From the NCBI GenBank assembly GCA_951406725.2, contig OX597818.1:137516001-137580000 (forward strand): 64,000 nucleotides of DNA, given 5' to 3'. Below are positions 39,770 to 54,434 of this stretch, one piece after another (the first letter of the stretch is position 1; each line of letters starts with the position of its first letter). The stretch comes from Octopus vulgaris (Eukaryota). The notes beneath the pieces are model-generated. The model did no database searches, had not been told where the DNA came from, and saw only the letters and a list, made by a program, of their open reading frames with translations. Position numbers and translations under genes: made by a program.

Positions 39770-40281
39770 ATATATATGTGTGTATATATATATATATTAC
39801 ATATGTATATTATATATATAAAGAATCATCCAGACAGATATACAAAAGAGGGAAAAGAAAAAACACGGACGGGTCATTTCGAAGTTTTATTTCCTCAGTC
39901 AAGTTCCAGATTATCTTTGCAATTTCGGCTGGTTATAATCGAGATTGCTCCAATCTGGTCAGCCCCAAGGAAAAACTAAGCTAAGAGCATAGATTCCTTG
40001 GAATAAAGCAGCGAATATAAACGAAAATAAGGACGGGAAAAAACAAATACAAATGCAAATAACAGGACATAACAACAAGTGTCTTTCGACATATATATAT
40101 ATATATATATATATATGCAACAGGCTTCTTTCAGTTTCCGTCTACCAAATCCACACACAAGGCTATTGTCGGCCCGAGGATACAGTAGAAGACACATGCC
40201 CAAGGTGCCACGCAGTGGAGCTGAACCCAAAACCGTGTGGTTAATAAGCAAGCTACTTACCACACAGCCATTCCTGTGCCT
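39498..40281 (-). mobile_element. SINE family A split by a family F insertion in its internal (TA)n
   Basis: 3' half at 39498-39692 and 5' half at 40118-40281, with family F at 39820-40091 between (TA)n tracts. Confidence 0.82.
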
Positions 40282-40428
40282 ATGTTGTTTCATTTTGAAA
40301 AATAAAAATTAATTTTATGGTTTATAATTTGAATTACATGTATCTATACTTATAAACGCTGTAAAAGACGTTTTCTGATTCAAAATTTTAGTTCATTGAT
40401 TAAACCTCGCTAAGTTAAATATTTAAAC

Positions 40429-40491
40429 CACCTGAAGAATGACTGTAACTCGAAATTTTAAGAATTGGACAGCCATGAAACGATCGTAGTG
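40429..40491 (+). ncRNA. Type I HHR motif, canonical core
   Basis: CAC-CTGAAGA-ATGACTGT...ACAGCCAT-GAAA-CGATCG-TA-GTG. Helix II pairs at 7 of 8 positions and helix III is palindromic. Confidence 0.8.
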
Positions 40492-40621
40492 TTATACTAA
40501 TTATCTTTTTTAATAATTTTGATATATATTTAAATAATATAAATTAATTAATCTTATGTATTGGCTTAAGTTTTTCATTGTATGATTTGCCTAATAGTGG
40601 TTTTATCTCTAATTTAATATA

Positions 40622-40690
<69 letters not shown>

Positions 40691-41143
40691 GCTTAGGGCC
40701 TCCATGGATCTTAATCCAGCTCTGATTGGTATTGGCTGCGTAAGCAATAGTAGGCAGAACACCGTTCATAAAGGTAGTTATTTTATGGAAGTTGGTGATG
40801 GAGACACCTGTGATTATGACAGAGATTGTATGACTAAGCGTGCGATTATACCAGAATATACCTGTGTAAATACATACGTGCGTATATAAGCATATGTACA
40901 TTCATGTATGCATGCATGCAGTTATGTATGTAGATGTGTAACTGTGCATATATTCACATATGTTTTTTATTGTTCTTAAATATTTTTCTTTCTTACATTT
41001 TTTCTAAGTGTGTTGGAATGCAGTATAATAATACAGAGACACTAAAATCAAATAGACACATGCACAGAGGAGTGTATACATAAAGTCACGCAAATTTGCG
41101 CAACATGTGTGTGCGTGCGTATTTACCTATGCTCATACACACA

Positions 41144-41174
<31 letters not shown>

Positions 41175-41376
41175 GTATATATATATATATATATATATAA
41201 TGATATAATATATATATATAACGATGCAGGTTTCTAAAAACATCTAATTTGAAACATACACAAACATATATATGCATACATACACACACACACACATATA
41301 TGGTTACATATATAGATACATATACATGTGTATATATGTGTATATATATATCTATATATCTATATATCTATCTATC

Positions 41377-41414
<38 letters not shown>

Positions 41415-41555
41415 TATGTATGTATATACATACGCCCATACATATATATATACATAAATACGTATATATATACATATATACACATATGTGCAATAAATTC
41501 TATAAATACATGCGCACATATACAATAAGATATATACATATATATATATGTATAT

Positions 41556-41603
<48 letters not shown>

Positions 41604-42274
41604 GGGTATATATACGTATCATATATATATATATTTGTGTGGGCGTGTGCGTGTGTGTGTGTGGCGTATATATAGAAAAAGAGTGAGAGAGAAAGAAAGA
41701 GTGAGAGAAAGAGAGAGAGAGAGGGAGAGAGAGAGAGAGAGAGATAGAAAGAGAGAGAGAGAGAGACCTAGAGGATGCGGTGATGTCGATGTAGGCAATA
41801 AGTTTGTTAGACAAGGCATCGATGCCGAAATGAGATGTGTAATAAGTGAACAGACATCATCTTTGCTTTTCACGCCAGACAGTTTCTCTTTCGCTTCAAT
41901 AAACTTCTGCAAACATTCATTTACTCATACAACTAACTGCCTCTGTCCTTGTACGTGTGTATGTGTGGATATGTGTGTATACGTGTCTGTGCGTGTGTAT
42001 AAGCGGGGGGGGGGGGCGTATATGTATATGCATGCGTGTGTACGTATACACACATTCTTATATGAGTATATATATACGATATACTTATATATTTTATATA
42101 TGTGCATACAAACACACGCACATACACACACACTTAAACATACACAAACACACACACACACATATATAAATGTGTGTGTGTGTGTGTATATATATATGTA
42201 TGTATGTATGTATACATACACATATTTACACCCACATCCATCCATCCCCATATATACGCATACATATGTATATA

Positions 42275-42366
<92 letters not shown>

Positions 42367-42371
42367 CATAC

Positions 42372-42422
<51 letters not shown>

Positions 42423-43019
42423 TAGATTGATATAGATAAATATATACATATACATAAACAAACACACACACACACATGTATATACACGCATTCCTACATT
42501 CATATGTATGTATTTCTTGCGTGCATGTGTGCGTATATAAGTGTACACGTGTTAATACATGTGGACACCGACGATGCGCTACTGTATGACTTAACAGGTG
42601 TCAGTGTATGCCCATGCAAAGATATAATACGTCTGCACGCGCGCTCGCACACACATGCACATATGTACCAGCAGACGTATGTATACTTTTCGATGTATGT
42701 CTGCTATCATCGAATGTTTGAAGTCAAATGCTGGTGGGAAGGAGAGTAAGATAAAGAGATGGAGAGTGGGAGATGGAGAGCGGGAGATGTGCTGTTCATA
42801 TCGTAGACGATCAACAATTAGACGTCCACTCACTGCTCTGTAAATTCATTTGGTCTAGGATGAATGGAGTCCACCTCTTCCCTACTCCCAACACAGACAC
42901 ACACAGACACACACAAAAAAACATCACTCCGCTGTCGCTGTTAAATACAAACACGTATTACAGATAGACATAGGCACACAGAAATACAGAAGTATGTATA
43001 TTTAATGACATATATGCGA

Positions 43020-43068
<49 letters not shown>

Positions 43069-43519
43069 CAACACACATTTATATATGTATGTACGTATGT
43101 ATGTATGTATGTATGTATGTATGTATGTATGTATGTATGTATGTATGTATGTATGTATGTATGTGTATGTGTGTATGTATGTATACGTGTTACTATAGTC
43201 AAATAGCTATATTTACATGCTTGCATGCTTACATACCTGAGGGCACATGCGTATATGCGACCAAATATATGCAGACACATACATGCGTAGACACAGATGT
43301 ACACCTGTGTAGTGTATGCGCATATGTGTGTATATTTATTTGTATATATTTATATTTGTACACACACACAAGCACACACACATATATATATATATAAATA
43401 TATTGATAAACACATACATATATTTGCGTTTATATGTGTGTATATACATAAGCGTATGCATGTGTATGTGTGTATACACATACGCATATATCTATTATCT
43501 ATCAATCAATCTCTCTCTC

Positions 43520-43585
<66 letters not shown>

Positions 43586-44445
43586 CATACATACATTTAT
43601 ATTTATTCACACACACATATGTGTGTGTATGGGTGTGTTCATCGTGTATATATATATGAATGTCTATAACTGACAGACCGACGGATAGACACATAGAGGG
43701 ACACCGAAAAATAGAGACACCGTTGATTCACTTAACATCTCACCTCCTCTCGTTCAATCTTGTTCCATTTCTAACAACCAGCAATACTGGCAGTTTTCAT
43801 AAACTCTGCTTACCTCATCACACGTCTCTCCCTCTTCAACCAACCGCCGACTCCCGTTTATCCATGATTGAAGCCACTTCCTTTCATATCAAACCATCCA
43901 GCAATACTCTCCCACCGCTCTACCTTACAATTTCCCCGACTATCTCGTCTTCCTTCGCTAAATCAACTTCAAACCTCATTTCTTTCTAAACTTATTTCAC
44001 CCCGCCAAATCTATCTTCTCTTTCTTTTTTTCACACTGTCTCCCTTTACTGCCTTACTTCTCCACCCCCACCTCGTTCTTATTCCATCTCATCTTTTTCA
44101 CTTCTTCCCTTTTCCTTGCTGTTCAACAGTTAATATCGCTATATGACCGGCCTTTTTCCGTGTAACTCTCTTGCGTTAAGAGGTTATTATGGCCGCTGGC
44201 AACTGGTGTTTGTGAAGTGTGTTTGGTGTATAGGAATGTATGATGGATGTAGTCGGGGGGAAGTGTTAGATGGGTGTTTGTATACGGTGCAACTGGTGGT
44301 TCACGTTGCCTTCTGGCTAAGTTCTTCATCCAAAAGGCTTTTGGCTGCCTGGCTAGTTGGCTGGCTCGTTGTTCCGTGCCCCTAACTAGCTGGTCAGATC
44401 TTGGACACATACATATACACAAATATATAAATATATACATACACA

Positions 44446-44509
<64 letters not shown>

Positions 44510-44702
44510 GATATACATATATATATATATACATACATATATATATACATTTATACATATGTGCGTGTGTGTATTACTAGTAACTAGTAATATTAGTGGC
44601 GATCGAAAGCATGAACTGTGCAGGCAAGTTTAGTAATATATATATATATATATAACTATGCTGAGGCGAATATCTTCTAAATTTTGGCTTTGTCTGTAGT
44701 AG

Positions 44703-44759
44703 ACTTGGCTGAAGAAGGACAAGCGCCCTCTGGCTCAAATCCAAAAATCGATTCTAAGT
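44703..44759 (+). ncRNA. Decayed HHR motif (GAAA replaced by AAAA) in a (TA)n-flanked insert (44654-44920)
   Basis: ACTTGG-CTGAAGA-AGGA...TCCA-AAAA-TCGA-TT-CTAAGT. Confidence 0.5.
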
Positions 44760-45054
44760 GATCTGAGATTCCTTCTGCGATTTTCGCGGAGGTAAGACTC
44801 ATAATTTTTATTCGCCACCCACCTTTTACCATGCTTGTTTTAAGTGAGCTCTATGTGACTTAGGGGGTTCATTTGACTCCTATTTCTAGCGAAGCTGGTG
44901 CTTTACAACACCATAATTACAATATATATATATATATATGCGTGTGTGTGTGTGTGTAAATACAAAACATGGAACAAGAAGGCAACAGAGGACAATGAAA
45001 TATCTGGACAGCTAAACAATGCAGAGACGGACAGGACAAAAAAAACAAGTTATC

Positions 45055-45330
45055 GCTAAGTTACCGGGACGTAAACACGCCGACATCGGTTGTCAAGCGA
45101 TGGTGGTGGGATAAGGACAGACATAGAAATACATGCATGCATACATACATACATACATTCATACATGCATACATACATACATTCATACATACATACATAC
45201 ATACATACATACATACATACATACATTCATACATATATACATTCTTCAATAATAATAGGAAAATGTTAAAAACAGAAACCGGGCCCATGAGCCTGGCTAG
45301 GCTTGAAAATGACGACGTTTATCGTTATGT

Positions 45331-45375
<45 letters not shown>

Positions 45376-45530
45376 TCGGATTTCTTTCACTTCTTGTCTA
45401 CCAAATCCACTGACAAAGCTTTGGTCGGCCCGATGCTATAGTAGAAAACACTTGCTCAAGTTGCCACGCAGCGGGACTGAACCCGGAACCATGTGGTTGG
45501 GAAACAATCTTCTTTCCACATAGCCATGCC
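45055..45530 (-). mobile_element. SINE family A, partial, interrupted by microsatellite and a family D tail fragment
   Basis: Family A segments at 45055-45125 and 45375-45530, with GAAACCGGGCCCATGAGCC near 45275. Confidence 0.7.
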
Positions 45531-46384
45531 AAAAATTGCAATTTAAGTTTTATCAAATTTTTTGGTGCGTACACAAAGCGAAGAAATGAATGCTATTTTT
45601 CAGAAGAAATAAAATGTTTCGTTAAGAAAATCTCTATTATAGACGAAAGTGTATTTATACTGAGAAGTAATGAGTATCGCCACCTAAACGTTGTTGTATT
45701 ATAAGAACAGACGATACTGCTATTTTAAATGCAAGAGGCCGCCTCATCCAGCTGGTTATTCAGTGCGCTTCTCACTCGATATATATTGTATGCGAGGAGA
45801 GAACTTCCTACTGTTATAGCTCGGTGACCACCGGATCACATGATTTCGATCATCCTTAGTGATGGATACTCGTCTACTATAGCGGTAGTTTACCCCAGCT
45901 TGCAATATATAGAAAAACTGTGTAAACATAGCCACTGGTTTTACAACTAGCAAGCTAGTTCGTTAAGAATATCTCTATTAGAGACAAAAGCAATATTTAT
46001 CAACTGAAAACAAAATAACACAATTACTTATTTGTATAAAACTTTCTATGACTTCACCATCATTTACTCTCTCTCCTCTGCACCCTCTATGATATTTTGT
46101 GTGTGTGTATGTATGTGTATGTGTGTGCGTTTGTGTGCGTGTAGCATTCCTTAACTCATTGCCTGCCTTCAAGCCAAGTGTATTCGCCTAACCTCAATGT
46201 CTTATACTTTGTTCGTGTCTATATCTTACTCTTTATATGTAACTAGATACGTAGAAAAACACACATAAAAACAGACAGACACACACAAACACACACGCAC
46301 GCACAGGACACACAAATGCACATACACTCATCTATATACACACATATACATATACTCCTGGAATATATATATATATATATATAT

Positions 46385-46721
46385 AATTATAGATATAGAT
46401 ATCAAGTTAGAGGGGTTTAATACCTCTAAGGGATAATTAAATCCAGAGTCGCTCCTGGTTATTACCTGGGTAGGTACAGTCTTTTGTAAGATTGTACGGT
46501 AGCAGGTGGTTTGGTTATATAAGAGAGGAAAATGGATATAATAACAATGGGAATCTCGTGGTTTTCGCCGATATGTTTTTAATTAAATAGATAATAAACG
46601 GGGAAGAAGCAGAGATGAGGGTAGCATCTTCTCCTTCTTCTTCTTTGTTATCTATTTAATTAAAAACATACCTGCGAAAGCCACGAGTTTCCCATTGATA
46701 TTATATTCATTTTCTTCCTCT

Positions 46722-46728
<7 letters not shown>
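46385..46728. mobile_element. (TA)n-flanked insert with a diverged terminal hairpin
   Basis: 46516-46598 is the reverse complement of 46644-46728 with several mismatches. Confidence 0.8.
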
Positions 46729-46764
<36 letters not shown>

Positions 46765-46773
46765 GATATATAT

Positions 46774-46849
<76 letters not shown>

Positions 46850-46882
46850 AAATATGTATATATATGTATATATATATATCTT

Positions 46883-46914
<32 letters not shown>

Positions 46915-46977
46915 CCAAGGCGCAGTTTTGTGGTAAGGAGTTTGCTTCCCAACCACATGATTCCGGGTTCAATCCCA

Positions 46978-48149
46978 CTGCATGAATGATGGAGGGGGAC
47001 AGGATAAACTATCTGCATCAACTTGTTATAAAACAGGTTGTAATTTTATCTCTTTACTTATTCCTAGTGCATGTTTTGAAGAGCACAGTTCGATTTTAAC
47101 GGTTATTTTTCAGAAAAGCGATAACGGAAGTGACAAAGAAGCATATTCGGCATATTTTGCTTTATCAGTTCAATAAAGGCAACAACGCAACGGAAAGCGC
47201 GAGGAATATGAATGCAGTATATGGGATCGGACAATATGCATAAATCAGTGTCAACGGTTGTTCCAGAAATTCCGAGCCGGAAACTACAACCTAGAAGACC
47301 TGCCTCACCCTGGAAGATTTGCAGAGCTCGACGAAGGCGTCCTGCAAATCTTGATGAAACAAACTCCTATCCTAACTGTTGAGGAACTAGCAGATATGCG
47401 TGCCATTGGAAAATACAGTAATTTAGGTCAATGGGCTCCTCACAAACTTTCCAAGTCTAATCGCACGAAGATAGTAATTATGTGCTCTTCTCTGCTGTTA
47501 CCTCACACGAATGAACCTTTTGAACCGAATAGTGACTTATGACGAGAAATGGGTTCTCTATAAAAATGTCAAGCGCCGAAGACAGTGGGCAGGGAAAGGA
47601 GAAACACCGGTACCCTAGGCTAAAGAAGGTCTTCACCCACGTAAGGGGCTGTTATCTGTTTGGTGGGATGTGAAAGGCTTGGTCCACTTTGAACTTTTAA
47701 ACCCAAACCAAACGATAACAAACGAGATCTATTTCGACCATCAGCGCTAGAAGAAAAACTACCATCTTTGGTTTCAAGACGAAAGGTGTTCTTCCATCAG
47801 GATAATGCTCTGCCACATACAGCTAGGATGACATTCCAAAGCTTGGAGCAGTTTGAATGGGAAACGATGCTCCACTCACCATATTTGTTGGAAATTTCCC
47901 CATCTGGTCATCATTTATTCTGCAGTCTTCAAAATCATTTGGACGAAAACAATATGAATTCTGTAGACGGGGTCAGAACAGTACTGGAGAAGTATTTTTC
48001 GTCACGGACAAGTGAAAATTGGAAGAAGGGCCTTGCAAGACTACCAGGCTATTGTAGAAAAGGAAGAAGAGTATATATTATATTAAAAAATAACTCTAAC
48101 ATAATTTGGAAAAGTAAAAGCATAAACCACATTATTCATGGGATGACCC
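46978..48149 (+). pseudogene. Decayed mariner transposon, near-complete transposase
   Basis: EVTKKHIRHILLYQF, FQKFRAGNYNLEDLPHPGR, WAPHKL, IVTYDEKWVLY, HQDNALPHT and HSPYLLEISPSGHHLF. Right TIR at 48124-48149. Frameshifts and stops are present. Confidence 0.92.
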
Positions 48150-48377
48150 ACTGTTGAAGCATTGTGTAGAATATAATGTGCGTGTGGGCGTGTGCGGAGT
48201 ATCAATTCCACTCCACACACGCACATCGGCAACAGTCATCAATTTCTTGAAAATAGGGTCATAACCCCGAAATATTAAATACAAGTTAAGTCTACAGTAA
48301 GTCACATATTTCTTTTCTTGTGATTTACCTTGCATTTACTTCGCATAGTTTTGGCCTTACCCACGATCCTTTATATA

Positions 48378-48442
<65 letters not shown>

Positions 48443-48448
<6 letters not shown>

Positions 48449-49030
48449 TCATAAATGAGGGCAAAGGAAAAAAATTCTAATGCCAAATATGCCGAAAAAT
48501 TGGACATATTGTCCATTAACCATATAATTTTTTCACAATACGCACGCTACTCGAAAAAAGGTCGACAGAAATTTCTAAAAATTCCATTATTTCCATATCG
48601 GACCGATTTCAGAGTTAGCTACTAAGAGCCCTCTCTTCATCTGTGGTAAAAGAAATAAATGGGATACCACATGTATCACTGTACCACATGTATTCTGTAC
48701 CACATGTATTCTTTTACTACATGTATCACTGACGAAGAGGGGGCTCTTAGTAGCTAACTCTGAAATCCGTCCGATATGGTAATAATGGAATTTTTTTAGA
48801 AATTTCTGTCGACCTTTTTTCGAGTAGCGTGCGTATTGTGAAAAAATTATATGGTTAATGAACAATATGTCCAATTTTTCGGCATACTTGGCATTAGAAT
48901 GTTTTCCTTTGCCCTCATTTCTGTATTGTTTATAAATTTAACCGTTAAAGGTATTTTTTAATATGCTGGCCATTGATAACATTTTTTCGAGAAAATATTT
49001 TTTTTTCGAAAAGAATTTTATCCTCACATT

Positions 49031-49032
<2 letters not shown>
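48443..49032 (+). mobile_element. PLE-like terminal repeat with inverted duplicate, HHR motif in each arm
   Basis: Arms ~48443-48655 and ~48708-48929 are reverse complements, the spacer has TACCACATGTAT-like tandem copies, and (TA)n flanks both sides. Confidence 0.85.
48722..48778 (+). ncRNA. Type I HHR motif (mirror copy at 48594-48650, minus, with CAGATGA core)
   Basis: TGTATCA-CTGACGA-AGAG...CTCT-GAAA-TCCG-TC-CGATATG. Confidence 0.7.
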
Positions 49033-49085
<53 letters not shown>

Positions 49086-49414
49086 GTATAGTCGAAAGAC
49101 ACCTGTTGTTATATCCTGTTGTTTGCATTTGTATCTGTGTAACATTTCTCCATTTGTTCCGTCCTTGTTTTCGTATACATTCGCTGCCTTCTTCCAAGGA
49201 ATCTAATGCTCTTAGCTTTGTTTTTCCTTGGTGCTGGCCAGATTGGAGCAATCTCGAGTATAACCGGCCGAAGTTGCAAAGATAATCTGGAACTCAACTG
49301 AGGAAAGAAAACTCCGAATGACCCGTCCTTGTTTTCTTTGTATCATCTGTCTGAAGTCTTTGTTGTCCCATTTTGTATCACCTGTCTAGATGTTTTGCGT
49401 TCTTGTCCTACTTT

Positions 49415-49472
<58 letters not shown>

Positions 49473-49523
49473 CATACATGCATACATACATACATGCATG
49501 CATACATGCATACAAACATACAT

Positions 49524-49556
<33 letters not shown>

Positions 49557-49610
49557 AATATATATATACATACACACACATATACATATATATATATACA
49601 TACATACGTC

Positions 49611-49660
<50 letters not shown>

Positions 49661-50404
49661 CGAATGACTGAAAGAATTAACAGAATAAAAGAACACGCAC
49701 ACACACACACACACACATACACATACACATATATATATATATACATACACACACACGCGCCAGTAAGCACATAAATGCAAAACAAGGTGCAAAAAGATAG
49801 TGCTCGAGTACCGAAGGTAGAGTAGTATATTTTTTTTTTTATTAAAGCTGGAAAAACATCACAAAAATTGTTGCTCTGCATTTCTTGACTATGTGTGTGT
49901 TTGTGTTTGTGTGTGTGTGTGTGTATGTGTGTGTGTGTGTGAGTGTGTGTGTGTAGATAATAAAGTGAGCGATATATATATACAGGTGGGTAAGTGATGG
50001 ATAGTTAGGAAGGCATTAAGGTGTATAGGCAGGTGGGTCTATTTGAACCCTGGTGGCTGATTGAAGTTCGTTCAAACTGTTGATTGCTGCAGCATGAGTC
50101 ATGGCAGCCAATTCTCTTTTGCTTGATTACATTCAAGATTATGTAGACAAGAGAGAAAAATCACTTTAACATCTTCATATTGAGGTGAAAGGAGTGAGAG
50201 GAAGAGTGTGTGTGAGTGTCTGAGTGAGGGATGGAGGGAGGAGCAGAGTGAAGGCGTGAAGGCGTGAGGGAGTGGGGGAGTGGGAGAATGGTAATGTGAA
50301 GGAATGGAAGAAAGGGAATGAGATTGAAAAGGGTACTGCACAGTGAGGCTGGGGGAGGAGGTGTGGTGGTGTAAATACGAAATAGCCTCCGCGTGTGTGT
50401 GTTT

Positions 50405-50443
<39 letters not shown>

Positions 50444-50600
50444 TATGTGTGTAAATGTGTGTATTTGAGTGAGTGTGTGAAGGAATGAAGTTATGTCTGA
50501 GTGAGGGTGTGAAAGAGTGGGTGGGCAAGGAGAAAGGGAGTGAAGGTTGTAGGGTGTGGTAGAATGAGGGGTAAGATAATGAGTGAGTAAGTGAAGTAGC

Positions 50601-50637
<37 letters not shown>

Positions 50638-50773
50638 TAAGAGAAATAGAGAGAAGAAAGTTAAGTGAAAGTGAGAAACAAAGAGAGAGAGAGTGTGCGA
50701 GTGAGAAAAGAGCAAAAGCGATGGTAGAATGACAAAGAGAAAAAATATAAACGGAGAAAAAGATAAATATTAA

Positions 50774-50838
<65 letters not shown>

Positions 50839-50887
50839 AGACAGAGAGAGAAGAGAAAAAAGAGAAAAGAAAAAGAAAGAAAGAAAG

Positions 50888-50918
<31 letters not shown>

Positions 50919-51027
50919 GGGGGAGAGAGATAGTGAGTGATGGAAAATGAGAAAGAGTAAGACTTAGAGACAGAGGGAGAAAGAATGAGACAAAATGAGA
51001 AGGGGGGATGAAGAAAAGAGGATAGAG

Positions 51028-51245
<218 letters not shown>

Positions 51246-51441
51246 AGATTAAGGGAGTTATGAAGCAAAGGAGAGTCTGACAGAGAGGGAGACGGAGATG
51301 AAAAAAGGGAGAGAGAGGTGGTGTGGGTGATTTTCTTAAAAATCTTCATTAAAAACCAGTTATTTGCCGGACGATTAAATTGTTGTCTGAGATTGGATAA
51401 GATTTAGAGGCCTAGGGAGTGGTGTTTGTTGTATTAGTAAA

Positions 51442-52295
<854 letters not shown>

Positions 52296-52455
52296 AATTT
52301 TGATTCCGTTTGCGTTTGTTTTATTTGGTGCACCTGTTGATTGTAGTCATACAGTGACGAATTTTGTGATATGGGGATATGGCAATGTGTATTAGTGCTG
52401 TCGCTGTTGGTGTTTTGGTTGTTGCCGTTGTGATTCTTCTAGAGATCGTCTTGTG

Positions 52456-52679
52456 TACGAAGAAGTGCAGAAAATTTTTCCTGGTTGTGGATAAGAGAAA
52501 ATAGAGGAGAATCAGTTCATTATGATTTTGTTCAACATATTCCCTACTCAGATCCACACATTTATTGCAGGGGTCTTTCAGGTTTTTTTAAGCCCTGTAA
52601 AAGAACTCGGAAGGTTAGGCCTGTAACCAGGTCTTTCGTGATAGCCTTAAAGCCAGGAACTTTTCAGCACCCCTTCGTA
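52456..52679 (-). mobile_element. Mariner-derived MITE
   Basis: TA-flanked imperfect TIRs (CGAAGAAGTGCAGAAAATTTTTCCTGG and CCAGGAACTTTTCAGCACCCCTTCG). The minus strand retains the transposase C-terminus CNKCVDLSREYVE. Confidence 0.75.
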
Positions 52680-52715
52680 TATGAAGTTTTTACTGGAGCG
52701 ATATGTTGTTTACAG

Positions 52716-53097
52716 TGGGGCGCAATGGCCCATTGGTTAGGGCAGCGGACTCGCGGTCATAGGATCGTGGTTTCGATTCCCAGACCGGGCGTTGTGAGTG
52801 TTTATTGAACGAAAACACCTAAAGCTCCACGAGGCTCCGGCAGGGGATGGTGGTGATCCCTGCTGTACTCTTTCATCACAACTTTCTCTCACTCTTACTT
52901 CCTGTTTCTGTTGTACCTGTATTTCAAGGGGCCGGCCTTGTCACTCTCTGTGTCACGCTGAATATCCCCGAGAACTACGTTAAGGGTGCACGTGTCTGTG
53001 GAGTGCTCAGCCACTTACACGTTAATTTCACGAGCAGGCTGTTCCGTTGATTCGGATCAACCGGAACCCTCGTCGTCGTAACCGACGGAGTGCTTCC
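52716..53097 (+). mobile_element. SINE family B
   Basis: Near-identical to the other B copies. Confidence 0.92.
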
Positions 53098-53203
53098 AAA
53101 TGTTCTTTGGCCGGCGAAGAACAGACTCTCTCCAATCTACATCAGCTGAGACATGATCAATAATATCAGGGGAATAAAGATTTTAGAAATTTTTACTACC
53201 AGT

Positions 53204-53367
53204 GGCGCAGGAGTGGCTGTGTGGTAAGTAGCTTGTTTACCAACCACATGGTTCCGGGTTCAGTCCCACTGCGTGGCACCTTGGGCAAGTGTCTTCTACT
53301 ATAGCCTCGGGCCGACCAAAGCCTTGTGAATGGATTTGGTAGACGGAAACAAAAGAAGTCCGTCGTA

Positions 53368-53415
<48 letters not shown>

Positions 53416-53636
53416 CGTGTTTGTGTGTCTGTGTTTGTCCCCCTAGCATTGCTTGACAACCAATGCTGGTGTGTTTATGTCCCCGTCACTTAGCGGTTCG
53501 GCAAAAAGAGACCGATAGAATAAGTACTGGGCTTACAAAGAATAAGTCCCGGGGTCGAGTTTCTCGATTAAAGGTGGTGCTCCAGCATGGCCGCAGTCAA
53601 ATGACTGAAACAACTAAAAGAGTAAAAGAGTAAAGA
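53204..53636 (+). mobile_element. SINE family A
   Basis: Runs from the full head to the (GAGTAAAA)n tail. Confidence 0.9.
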
Positions 53637-53807
53637 GAGTGGCCTAACGTATAGAAAAATTAGTCAATAGACTATATATTATTCATATAAAATACAGTGT
53701 AGATTTAAACACATTAAGAGGTATCCATCATAGGACTCCCTTACGCTAGAAGGAACAGCTAAAGTTCAAACCACTAATTAGGAATAATTTATCACACAAA
53801 CACACAT

Positions 53808-53847
<40 letters not shown>

Positions 53848-53907
53848 ACACACACACATACACACACAGTAAAGAAATGCAGAAAAATAAAAAGATTTAC
53901 CATATAT

Positions 53908-53982
53908 TTCCTGGACCATGGTTTCTGACCTTCTTTTAGCAAATAAAATAATTTGCTAGGCGAAGTCTTCGTCAGCTGAGAC
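53908..53982 (-). ncRNA. Type I HHR motif with long helix II
   Basis: Minus strand reads CTCAG-CTGACGA-AGACTTC-GCC-TAGCAAAT...ATTTGCTA-AAA-GAAGGTCA-GAAA-CCATGG-TC-CAGG. Helix I is weak. Confidence 0.65.
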
Positions 53983-54112
53983 ATGTTTATATGTAAATGA
54001 TATCTTTTGTTTCAAAAGACTATAAGAGCTGTTGAAAGGGCGGAAACAAATATATGTATGTATACTTGTGTGTATATGTGTATGTATAATGAAGGTAAAG
54101 ACCTCCTTCGAC

Positions 54113-54398
54113 CATAAATGACCATGGGATTGCCCGTAGAGGAACAATTCCAGGCAAGATTGTTTATGGAAGATTAGCAGTCGTTCATGCATACCAGCCT
54201 CCCCCCTCCACGTCACCGATGTTATCCAAGGGAAAAGCAAAGGTCAATACAGCTTGGCACCAGTGATATCACAACTCATTTCTACAGCTGATTCAACTGA
54301 AGCAATGTGAAATAGAGTCTTATTCGAGAGCTCAAGAGCACAACACACAGCCCGATCTGGATTCGAACTCCCTTTTTCATGATTGTGAGCGCTTTCAC
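54113..54398 (-). mobile_element. SINE family D, tail type ii, diverged
   Basis: Homologous to 38284-38612. Confidence 0.72.
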
Positions 54399-54434
54399 AT
54401 ATGTATGTGTGCGTGTGTATATATATATATATAT

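Noticed and set aside
45619-45986. 26-bp imperfect direct repeat TCGTTAAGAA.ATCTCTATTA.AGAC about 340 bp apart
   Set aside because: The intervening sequence has no recognisable element features.
48245-48285. CTTGAAAAT-AGGG-TCATAA-CCCC-GAAA and a similar string at 5349-5377
   Set aside because: These are reminiscent of HHR variants, but the core and helices I and III are too degenerate to call.
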